Assembly (NCBI RefSeq): GCF_009914755.1
Contig: NC_060933.1
Length of the DNA: 64,000 bases
Source of the DNA: the human T2T-CHM13v2.0 reference genome, Homo sapiens
Reading direction: 5' to 3' (one strand)
Below, piece after piece: positions 53,747-64,000 of the stretch; positions within the stretch are counted from its first letter, which is position 1, and every line of letters starts with the position of its first letter. Under the pieces are notes generated by a model, which was not told the origin of the DNA, made no database searches, and worked only from the letters and a program-made list of their open reading frames with translations. A program made the translations under genes and the position numbers.

Positions 53747-56700
53747 GTAAAGATTTTCCGTGTCTATTACGCAGACTCTAGCGGGGAACCCCACCTCCCA
53801 CGGCCACGCTGCCCTGGCCACCTGCTGCCTGGCATCTTCTGCTTCTCCCCCTGCTTTGAGTGTGGGGGCCGCATGTGGGGTTGTCTGGCCACAGGACCTG
53901 CTGCTGGCACACGGCGTGACTGGGGCCTGGCTGGGGCTGGGGCTTCCATGGGCTCTGGACCCCTCTGGGGTAGCTCCTGTCTCCCTGTGGGCATCAGTGG
54001 CTCTCCAGTGCAGTTCTGTGTCTGGGGGCTTCTGTCTAAGGTATTTGTGTCTGTGGGTCTGCTGTGACCGGGGGACCTTGGCTAGACCAGGTGACTCTGC
54101 TCCCATCTCAGGGAACACTCAGTCTCCACATCGTCTTGGTGTCATCCGGCTCTGTCCAGTTTGCTCATGCACACGCAAAGCCAGAGGACAATGGAGTTTA
54201 TGGGCAGTGCCCACAGCAGGCATGACCGAAAGAGGGGCTCAGCGGTGACCCCCAATTCACCAGCTTTCTCTATGGCTCCCCATCATGGGAGGAAATTGTT
54301 TTTCCCTTTGTTTGGACATGTGCAGAACATGGAGAAAGAGCCAAGGCACGGAGAGATTAAGTCACTTGCACGATGAGTAAACAATGCAGCCAGGATTGGA
54401 ACTCAGTTGGTTTGTTCCCGGTGTCTTTGATCTCAGTGGCTGCTTGAGGCAGCCTCTCAGGGTCCCTAGTTGGCAGTCATATTATAAAAATAGGTTCCCT
54501 AGACTCTTCGCCTGGAAGGAAGATCATTCATTCCAATTATTGAGAAGCGGGAAACTGAGGCTCTGAGAGGCAGAATGAGATACCAGGGTCCCTCTGCCAC
54601 TGCCCTGCAGGTTGACTCCTTGACTTGGAACCATGGTCAGACCAAGTCTGGGCCTCCCATCGCTGGTGGTTGGTGAGGAAGGGAGTATGAAGAGGAGGCC
54701 TGGAGCATTCGAGAGTGCTCAGAGGGGCCTCTCCATGCTTCTGCCACTGATGGGCATGTTAGCTGTTGGAGCGTTTAACCTGGGCCCTCTGGGGGCCAAA
54801 GAGGAAAAACAAAGAAAAGAAAAAAGCCTCAAAGAGCTGACAGAGGAGGTCCCTCCACCCCCAACCTAGACCCCTCTGTGGCCCGAACAGGCAGTCTTCT
54901 CTAAGGTCCAACACCTGACACCTAGACCTGGGCAAGGAGCAGCACCTGATGCTCCCAGCTTCAGGGCAAGGACCTGGAGTCTGAGAGGGCTGGGCTGGCA
55001 CATGGGGTTGTCCCTCAAGCCAGCATGACCTCAGGCAAGGAGATTTGTTCATCCAGTGATTATCTGTTCATCCCATGAATATCTGTTGAATGCCTGCTAT
55101 GGGCCAAGCATTTTGCTTTGTTCTGGCAGAGCAGTGGATAAGACAAAGTTCCCACTCTCTTGGGGCAGACAGACAGATACCCAATCACTGAATGGGGAAA
55201 TGGAAGAATGAACAATTAAATGAAGGTTAGGTAGTGCTGAATCTAAGAGAGAGTAGGATAGGGAGACAGGGAGTACTTGAGGGTTGGGATCTTGAATAAG
55301 TTAGTCCAGAAAGTCTCCCTCGCTTTATGAAGAATCTCAATGAGGTAAGCGTGGAAGCTGTGTGCCTTTCCAGGCAAAGGCCCTGGGGAAGGAGCAGGCT
55401 TGGTTCAAATTTTCTGAACCACAGTTTTCTCTTCCGAGAAATGGGGACAATAGTATGGCTCATAAGACCATTGTGCTTGTCACATAGTAAGTGCTCAATA
55501 AATAGAGCCGCCCGGAATAAGGTTTCCTGGATGGCTGAGGGGATCTCTGTATTGTGTGACACTAAGCCAATGACTTCACCTTTGCTGGGTCTGGTTTCCC
55601 ATGGTTTAAGTTGCAGAGTGGGAGGATTTGACTTGCTTAGGCGATCTCAGCTGGGCCCTGCCCCAACACTCAGGCCAGCCTCCAGGGCCACCTTTGGGGG
55701 ATTTGTTCAGACACATCCTGGGAGCCTTACCAAGGGCCAGGCGTTGCTGCTTTACAGATGAGATCGCTTCTCGGAGAGGTAAATGATTAGGTCAAGGTCA
55801 CATGGCTGCTCAGTGTCACAGTTGGATTAGAACACAACCAGAGCTTTCAACTCCAGTGCCAGAGTGTAGCTGTTTAGAGCTTGGGGTACGGAGTCTCCTG
55901 AGCATGGAAGAGGTAAGACCCATGAAAGCCTGGACATGTTATGGCCTCTTCTCCAACCGGACACAGCAAGGAATGTCAGCAGGGCCATGCCTCAGTTTCC
56001 CCCTTCTACTCCATCCTCTGCATCCTCCTCATCTCCCCTCCTGGCGGCCCCTTCATCCACCTTCTCCCTGCCATGTACCTGTGTTCTTCTTGGAGCACAA
56101 AGTTACCCTGTTCATGGCCTGGCTGAGAAGGCAGTCCCAGGTTTGAGGTCCCATTATCCTGCCTGTGTGAGATAAGGCCACTCATTCATTCCTCATTCAA
56201 CCAAAGATTATTTGTTGAATATATTACTCTATGCCAGGCACTAAGGATAACACTGTAGCCAAAACAGACAAAAATCTCTGTTGTCATGAAGCTCAAATTT
56301 TAAGGGTAGAGACAATCAATAAACACGATGAATAACCAGAAGAAGGCATGGTTGCCACCCTAAGTCCCCTGCAAGTGAAAGGAAGCAACGAGTATTGAGG
56401 CCCTCGGTGTGCATAGTATTTGAACCACATGCGATTCTCCCAGTGAACCTTTAAGGCAAGATCGATTATCCCCATTTTCCAGATGAGAAAACTGAGGCTT
56501 AGACTGTCAAAGCCATTTGTCCATAGACACTCTGAGCCTTGCCAGACTGAGAACTTCTGTCTGCTTCCTTGCTTCTTGCCTTTAACTTTCTAAGACTAGG
56601 CTCTGATCTTCATGACAGGCGTGTTGTTCCCTGGCACTGGGGTGTCAGATGTGGGTGGAGGGAAACATCTTTTCAGCCCTAGACCTGTGCAATACCCTTG

Positions 56701-59700
56701 AGAGCCATGAAAATACCCTCAACTCTGTTCCAGCCACCATGGCCAGCAAATCGGCGAGATCTGCATCAGATATGATTTAATGTGTACGTAATGGGACTTC
56801 ACATCGGCTGAGTCCCTACAGCTTGGTCTCTGTCTCCGCTGGGCCTCTGAGTCTGCCATGCCTCTCAGCCTAAAGACCCTGGACAGTCTTTAGGGCCATC
56901 CCTCTGTTGCTGTTGCTCCCAACCCCTTGATCTGTCTGGTAGGGTTGGGGGCTCCTGTCGTGAATGGTTTTTCCTCCTTATCCAAGCTTTAGGCCAGACA
57001 GTTTCTAGGCACTTATTAAGAAAAGGAAGTGACAGGGGAATGAGCTGAATTCCTTCATGCCAGATTGCAGCTGGCGTCATTTCTGGCAGGGCTGGTGATG
57101 ATTTTGCTGTAGTCAGTCTTTCCCCAGCAGGCAAAACCTTGGGCCCGTGCATGCGGCCTCCTCAGTATCCAGTTTGGAAGGGTGATGTGTCAGAGTCTTT
57201 TACTAACGGGAGCTGAGGAAGAGACAGTGGAGGTCAAAGCACATCAGAGCTATAGGAACCTTCGTGATGGCCTGGCCCAAACTCTTTTTCAGACAGATAA
57301 GCAGACATAGCCCAGGGAGGGCAAGACACTTGCCTAAGATCTCACAGCAAGTTGTTGGCAAAGTCAAGACTTGAATCCAGAACACTTGCTTTCCAGGGCA
57401 AGGTACTCTCCACATGGCTCCCTCTTCTCTCTGCTCCCATCTTCAACCTCCAGAGGAAAGCTTGGTCCACAGCTCTCATCCCTCCTCATACCTCCTGCTA
57501 AGAGAACGTGTTGTGGTTTTCTGGCGAGGGGTCCAGGTGGAAAATGTTACCAACTTGGCTGGAGCTGAATGGCTTTCTCCTGGCCTGTCCTGGCTTGTTG
57601 GGCATGGCTCAGTATCACTCACAGTGAGAGACTGAGCCATGTTTCCCAGCCAAGGGTCTCTACGAGCAGGCTAGGAAGATGCTGCAGTGAGTCCTTCTAC
57701 CTGTCTTCTCCAAATGTACTTTCAAGCCTGCTGGGATGGCCCTGCAAGGCAGGCCACCATGCACAGCTTTACTCACAGCCCCTGGCCAGGACTGCCAAGG
57801 CTGGCCTCATGCAGTGAGTCCGGAGGGAAGACCCTAAAGCTTAGAGCTGGAAGGGCCCAGCCCTGGCACCGACTCCCTGGGGTGTGGTTCAGGGATGACT
57901 GGGACCTGCCCAAGGCCGCGCAGTCCTCTGGGAGGAGGCAGGGCTTCTAACACAGTGCATTTGGGCTTCAAGTTCATGGCTCTTTCCAGTTCTCAGATTA
58001 CAGGCAGCAAGCAGCCAAGTAACAGAGAATTCCTATTTCCAAGTAGGGAAATTGAGACCAAAGCAGATTAAGGTTCTCAGCTGAGGTGATGCTGTGAGCT
58101 GGGGGTGTGGTCTCCAGTGACCCAGATGTGAACCAGAGCTGACCCAGGCTGTTGGTGCCCCTGGAATCCTGGAGAGAACTCTGCCTTCCTATTTTCTCCT
58201 TGTCCCCTGAGGCGACTTTTCTTGAGTAGATTTCCTAGTGGATTTCAGGAGGGCAGGGTAAAAACATGTTTAGACCACGAGAGAAAGGGGCTGGGAAAGT
58301 TCAGGGGTCTTTCCATGTCAGCACGCTTGGAGCCTGCACACCTAGAAAAGAATATGGCTGCTTCGAGTGCAGCAGGAAGGATGCAGGTTAGACTTAAGCA
58401 GGAACTTCCAGGCCTTGGAGAATGTCCACCTGGTAAGAAGTTCTCCAAGATCCTTTTGCGGGCTTCTCCTAGAGGTTATTAAATATTCCCACTCTTGATA
58501 TAAACCCTAACTAGTGTAGTGATGGCACATTAGAGTTGACCAGGGGCTGCATTAGAAACATCTCACCGTTTCTTCAGCCCAGCCCTGCCAGGTGAGTGGG
58601 ACAGTGCTGACTGTTTTGCAGGCCAGGGACCTGAGCCTTAGGAGCATGAGGGGGACTTTGGATTCTAGATGTTTCTTGCTTCTCTGCCCCTGTATCCTAC
58701 CCGCTGGAGCACACGGTTGGGGTGGACACTTCCTGGAGGCAGAAGAGTGGAGGAGATGGCCTTCTGAGTTCTCCTTGGCATCCTGCTTTGGATGTGGTGG
58801 CGAGGACCGTCCCTGTCCTCAGCTCTATTCCTCTGAGTTGTTGTGGCCAAGAGAGAATGCAGAGTCTCACTCCTTAGCCTTGTTCTATCTCCTCTTGGGC
58901 CTTGTTCTGCTCCAAGTATGAAGTGTTCAGTTCTCCAGAGGGGCCCGACCTGGGAAAGTAGAGAAACCACGTGGCTGGGGCCCTGGCAGGGAGCCAAGCT
59001 CATTCCTTGGGCCTGGGGCCAGCCTGCTGCAGCCAGGAGCTCGGGCATGTGGAGGAAGGTCCCTGCTGCTGGCCAGGCTGGGCATGCATGCCATGTGGTC
59101 GCCTTACACATGCAGGCATGGCCAGAGAGAGGGAAGCAGATGGGGTTGAAGTGGGGGCTATACATTCCAGCTCAGCAGCCGCCACCCTAAGACCCAGGGA
59201 GCTCTGGGGTGACTGCTGGAAATGGCTCTGCCACTTAGTAGCGGAGGGATGAGGCAAGGTAGTGGGTGAGGGGGTCTTGGGTGTGTTCTGGGCTGCAGTC
59301 TCCCCATTGGTGTAATGAGGTGGTGAACATCAAGAACGTCTCGGGTCCTTTCATCCTTAGACCATCTGTGATTGTTCCAATCAGAGATTTGTTCCAGCAC
59401 CTTTAAAGCTCTTTTTTCCAACCACTGTGCTCTTAATTACAAACCCTAGATTCCTAGAGGTCATCTGCTTGACCCCTCCATTGGAAGGGAGATTGAAGAT
59501 GGAGACAGGGGTTGACTCCCGGAGGCCCTCAGCGTGTCCAAGCAGAACCAGTCCTCAGCATCAATCATGCCATTCCTTTTTGCACATTAGCTCAGGGCTC
59601 TAATGAGCCCTCGGAGAGCCTGTAGGCTGGTTCTAGTTCATCTGTTCATTCAGTGTCCAGTTGTAGCTAAGAGAACAGCTTCTGGAGTCACACTGCCTAG

Positions 59701-60551
59701 GTTCGAATCTCATCTCTGCTATGCCAGGGCTGTGTGACTTTGGAAACATTTCCTAGCCTTTCAGAATCACAGTTTCCTCATCTCAAAAATGCAGCCAATA
59801 ATAGGACCTGTTGGGTGGTCACGCTGTTGGGGTTTACTGTTGCTATGATTGTTTCATCCCACCATCATCGCCCTCTGGCTAGACTCAGGCTGCATTTTGT
59901 CTGCAGAGGTTACTCCCCTCCAGAAACTGACTCAAAATTCTGATGACCGTCTCTCCCTTGCTTATACCTCAGAGACATTCCCTCACATGGCTGAGGCCTC
60001 CCATGTGGCAGTGAGGCACCCTCACTGAGGCACCCTTCATGTGGCATCTCAGCTCATCCTCACAGCACTCCCTTTTGGATGGCAAAGAGAACTGAGGCCC
60101 CAAGAGGCCTGTGGGTGGTGCAGTCAGGACTGTCTTGGGGCAGGCTGGCCAGCCTGGAATGGCCTCTGAATGCAGACCCATGGGTCTGAGACCTGCCTGG
60201 CAGCTGCTGTATGTGAATATATTGGGCATCACAGGGTCCTAAAGGATCCTTAGAGATCACACACCTCCAACCTGAGCAGGACAGAGGGTCAAGTGTGGGG
60301 GCCTGCCCAAGGTCAGACAGCCAGCCTAGAGGAGAGCCAGGGCTCATCTGCAGGCCATCTCCATATGCTGGACTTGGAGAACAGGGCAGGACTACAAGTT
60401 CTGTCCCTTGTAGGCCATGTGGAGTCAGCCAGGTGCCCAGCCAGACAACATTGCCCTTGTCTCAAGGAGTTGCTTTCCTCTCCTACCAGGTCCTTCTACC
60501 CCAAAGTTCAGAGGCCAGAGGTGGGAACTCAATGCCTTCAGAAGGTGCCCT

Positions 60552-60838
60552 GGCTGGACGCCATGGCTCACACCTGTAATCCCAACACTTTGGGAGGCCA
60601 AGGCAGGCAGATCGCTTGAGCCCAGGAGTTCGAGACCAGCTTGGGCAACATGGAGAAACCCCATCTTTACCAAAAATACAAAAATTAGCCAGGTGTAGTG
60701 GTGTGCATCTGTAATCCCAGCTACTTGGGAGGCTGAGGCGGCAGGATCACTAGGAGGCAGAGGTTGCAGTGAGCAGTTATCACACCACTGCACTTCAGCC
60801 TGGATGACAGAGTGAGACCCTGTATCATGAAAAAAAAA
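60552..60838 (+). mobile_element. AluJ-like with a small right-arm deletion
   Basis: Two arms and an A-tail; GATCGCTTGAGCCCAGGAG. Confidence 0.88.
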
Positions 60839-62510
60839 GAAGGATCCCCTGGACACAGCCCACCTGGCTGATTCTTGTCCCAGGAGGTGAGACGATCTAC
60901 CTTCAGCATGACCAAGAAGAGCTGGTTTAGGTGAGACTGGAATTTACCAGGGGAGACCCTAAAGATGTGGGGGAGGAAGCTTGGGTAAGGTCAGATATGC
61001 CCCCACAAAGACATGATCTGGAAACACACACACACCCTCCCCTGCCACACTCCTCTGCCACCCTCTGCAACCAGTTGGACACGCGTTTGAGCAGCTTCTA
61101 CATACCAGGCTTTGCCCGTGCATAGCTCATATGAACATGCCAAACTCCAGAGGTGGACCTGGGCTCTGCTTGCTTTATGACCTTGGCCATGTGATGTTGC
61201 CTAACCGAGTCTCAATTTTCCCATCTGTGAAATGGGACTGATAACTTTTCCCTCAAAGATAGATATCAAATGCAAAATGAAGTCTTGCATGCAAAGTGAC
61301 TACCTTGGTCTGAATTTCATTATCGTCTTCTCGTTTCCTCCTTTTGGTGTCTGAATGAAGCCACACCTTCTATGGGGTGAATGTCAATCCAAGAGGACTT
61401 CCTGGCAGGGGAGAGATTTAAAGGGAGTAGGGCTGCGGGGCAGGGCCAGGCTAAACACCTGGTTACATACACACATTTCAAGGTGTCTTTGCCTAACCAG
61501 TAGAGACTTTGGTTTGGGTTTTGTTTGTAGGTTTGGTCTTTTGGGTTTAGTGTACTCACTGGACTCCTCCAGTAGTATTAGAAACCGAAAACAGGATCAT
61601 CCTCCATGAGGAATGTTTACCATTTGAATCATAGCCCCAGCATTCACTTGGTCAGGAAAACATGTGCTTTGTTTTTTTTTTTTTTTAATTACATTTCCCT
61701 GGAAAAACAATGATTTGAATTCAAGGAGGGGAGGAGAACAGGTTTCCCCCAACTCCAAGCTTGAGGACTTTCTTTTCCTTTTGAAGTAGGAATGGAGTTC
61801 TGTCCCCGGCCCCCGAAGGCGTCCTTACAGCTGATATTTTTCCAGCTGCCTATCTCCCCAGAGCGTGGAGCGGCCTCCAGAGTGGGGTCAGGGATGGGGC
61901 GAGAGGGCCAGACCTGCCTGGGCCGGGCAGCTCAGCATCTCTCTGAGCTGCTGAACACCTATGGAGGCTGTGCTCATGTTCACTGGTGGTGTGACTTTGT
62001 GTGACCTTGCCACTTCACTCTTTCACAGCCTCGTTTCCTTTATCTGTCAAATGGGGATCATGAGTTCACTGGGTGGCTTTTGAAGAACGTGCCACAATCA
62101 GAGAAGGTCTGAGCTGGGAAATGCAACAGAGGCCTTCTCCTCCTTGACCAGTGGGGAAACAGAGGCTCTTAAAACTGGCATAGATCCAGCTTCCTGCCCC
62201 TAGTCTCTGTCTTTCCCATTCCATCAGGACCAGATCTCAGAATAGGGGATTGGCATTTTCATGCTGGGGAGCTGGGTATCATTTTCTTTTCAGAGACTTA
62301 GTAGAAAATAAAAGGATCCCTGAGAAATTCTTTATGTTCAGGTGCTTGTCGATGGTAGGGGTGACCTCAGGACCGCACTGTCTGCCCATGACCAAGGAGT
62401 GAGACTGCTTGGACATTGTCCTTGTGTCCCCCCTGGGGGTCTGGATCAAAGCCCACCCTGAAGGTGACAACACTAACCTACAGATGTTTGTTCTCTCTCA
62501 TGCCCTCCAG

Positions 62511-62564
62511 GGGTTTCCTGGAGTCTTTGGGGAAAGAGGCCCTCCTGGACTGGATGGAAATCCT
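62511..62564 (+). CDS. COL27A1: Exon 13 (54 bp) GFPGVFGERGPPGLDGNP
   Basis: Branch-point-like CACTAAC at 62471-62477; ccctccag|GGG...CCT|gtgagt. Confidence 0.95.
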
Positions 62565-63431
62565 GTGAGTATTTCAAGTCTTTGGGAACAGGAGCGAGAT
62601 TCTGAGTGAACACACAGCAGATTTTAGGAGCCCACGCTTTAGGGTCAGACAGACCTGGGTCAAATCCCAGCCCTGTGAAGTACCAGCTGGGCACCCTTGG
62701 ACAAATTACATGACGTCTCTAAACGCTAGGCTCCTGTCTACTGCGGCTGCACCGTCGCCCCCCTGTAAGAGTCCCCAGCCCACTGAGCCCCTGGGTCCAA
62801 AGCTCCAGGCTGCACCCCATTTCCAGGACTTTGGAAGGTTCATGGGTCACTCCCCACTGGAGAGGCCCCAGCTGCTGCCATCTTACACAGCATCAGCAAT
62901 GTTTATGGGCCGGCAGAGGCATGGGGAAGCAAACGGTCTGCAGGCCGTGTTTGGAGAAAAGGAAGAGCTGAGTTCCAAAGGAATCTCCACCACAGGCATG
63001 TTTATAGAGTTTGTAAATAATTAGAGGCCCAGGCTCTGTTCCCCGAGGAGCCAGGTCAGCCTGCCCTGGGGAGCCGAGTCTGTCTTTCCCTTCCCAGCTC
63101 CAGGCCCTGGTGGGAGAAGGTGTTCATGGTTCCCCATCTCCCCCTGGGGCTTCCTGCCTGAGCAGCTGTGCCAGCTGTGCCCTCTGCAGTGGTGGCTGCT
63201 GCGTTCATAACCAGCACCCGATTAGGCGCTAATTCAGTTCCACAAATGCTCCCTGAGCCTGACCCAGCCAGGCTCCCTTGGGGATTATAGCCTTGACCTC
63301 AGAACCCTGCGGACCTGGGTTTGAATTTTGTTGTACCACTTGTCAGGTGTGTGAGCTTGGAAAAATCCATTCACCTCCCTGAATCTCAGTTTCCTTGTCT
63401 GCAAATTGGGGGGATCAGAATTCCAGCCTGA

Positions 63432-63788
<357 letters not shown>

Positions 63789-64000
63789 TCAGTGGGTGAG
63801 GCTGTGTAAAATACTGGGTAATCCGGGGTATAGTCCTGCCTTTGAGGAGTTCATGGGCCATTGCCCTCCTCTGTCACACAACAGGCAGTGGGATGGGTGG
63901 GATCAGAGAGGTCCCAGGTGCCTCTTTGGAGAAGGGAACAGGGAAGTAACATTTGCATTGGGATGAGGAGATAGGTGGGGAGACATTGCAGGTGGAGGAA

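Noticed and set aside
62546-62552. miR-455-3p seed match TGGACTG in host exon 13 (autoregulation?)
   Set aside because: A single 7-mer in coding sequence is compatible with chance and with Gly/Pro codon constraints.

Overview
Mammalian (human-type, Alu-rich, GC-rich) genomic DNA lying wholly inside the 5' part of the fibrillar collagen gene COL27A1 (+ strand). The window starts in intron 1 and ends in intron 13. It contains exon 2 (signal peptide), the 1775-bp exon 3 (TSPN/LamG domain, basic Pro/Ser/Thr-rich region, start of the helix) and ten phase-0 Gly-X-Y exons (4-13; 54,54,54,54,45,54,45,54,45,54 bp), all with AG/GT boundaries. Intron 10 hosts the miR-455 hairpin. The introns carry 11 Alus plus one free monomer, many MIR/L2 relics, L1 fragments, LTRs (MER66-like, LTR33-like, MLT1-like), hAT MITEs (MER20, MER58A, MER5) and a 1.2-kb (TCCA)n array. 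Almost all supplied ORFs are incidental. I found no evidence of a wholly new biological system. The most unexpected signals are: two intragenic duplications I cannot assign to a known repeat, both ~79% identical by hand alignment (12370-12607 with 26904-27148; 29900-30032 with 32910-33356, the latter split by an AluJ); both helix interruptions confined to one skippable exon (exon 6) followed by RBFOX motifs; a 67-codon read-through of exon 3; and inverted Alus that could circularise exon 3. Exon numbers, cDNA numbering and repeat-family names come from recall and need database confirmation.
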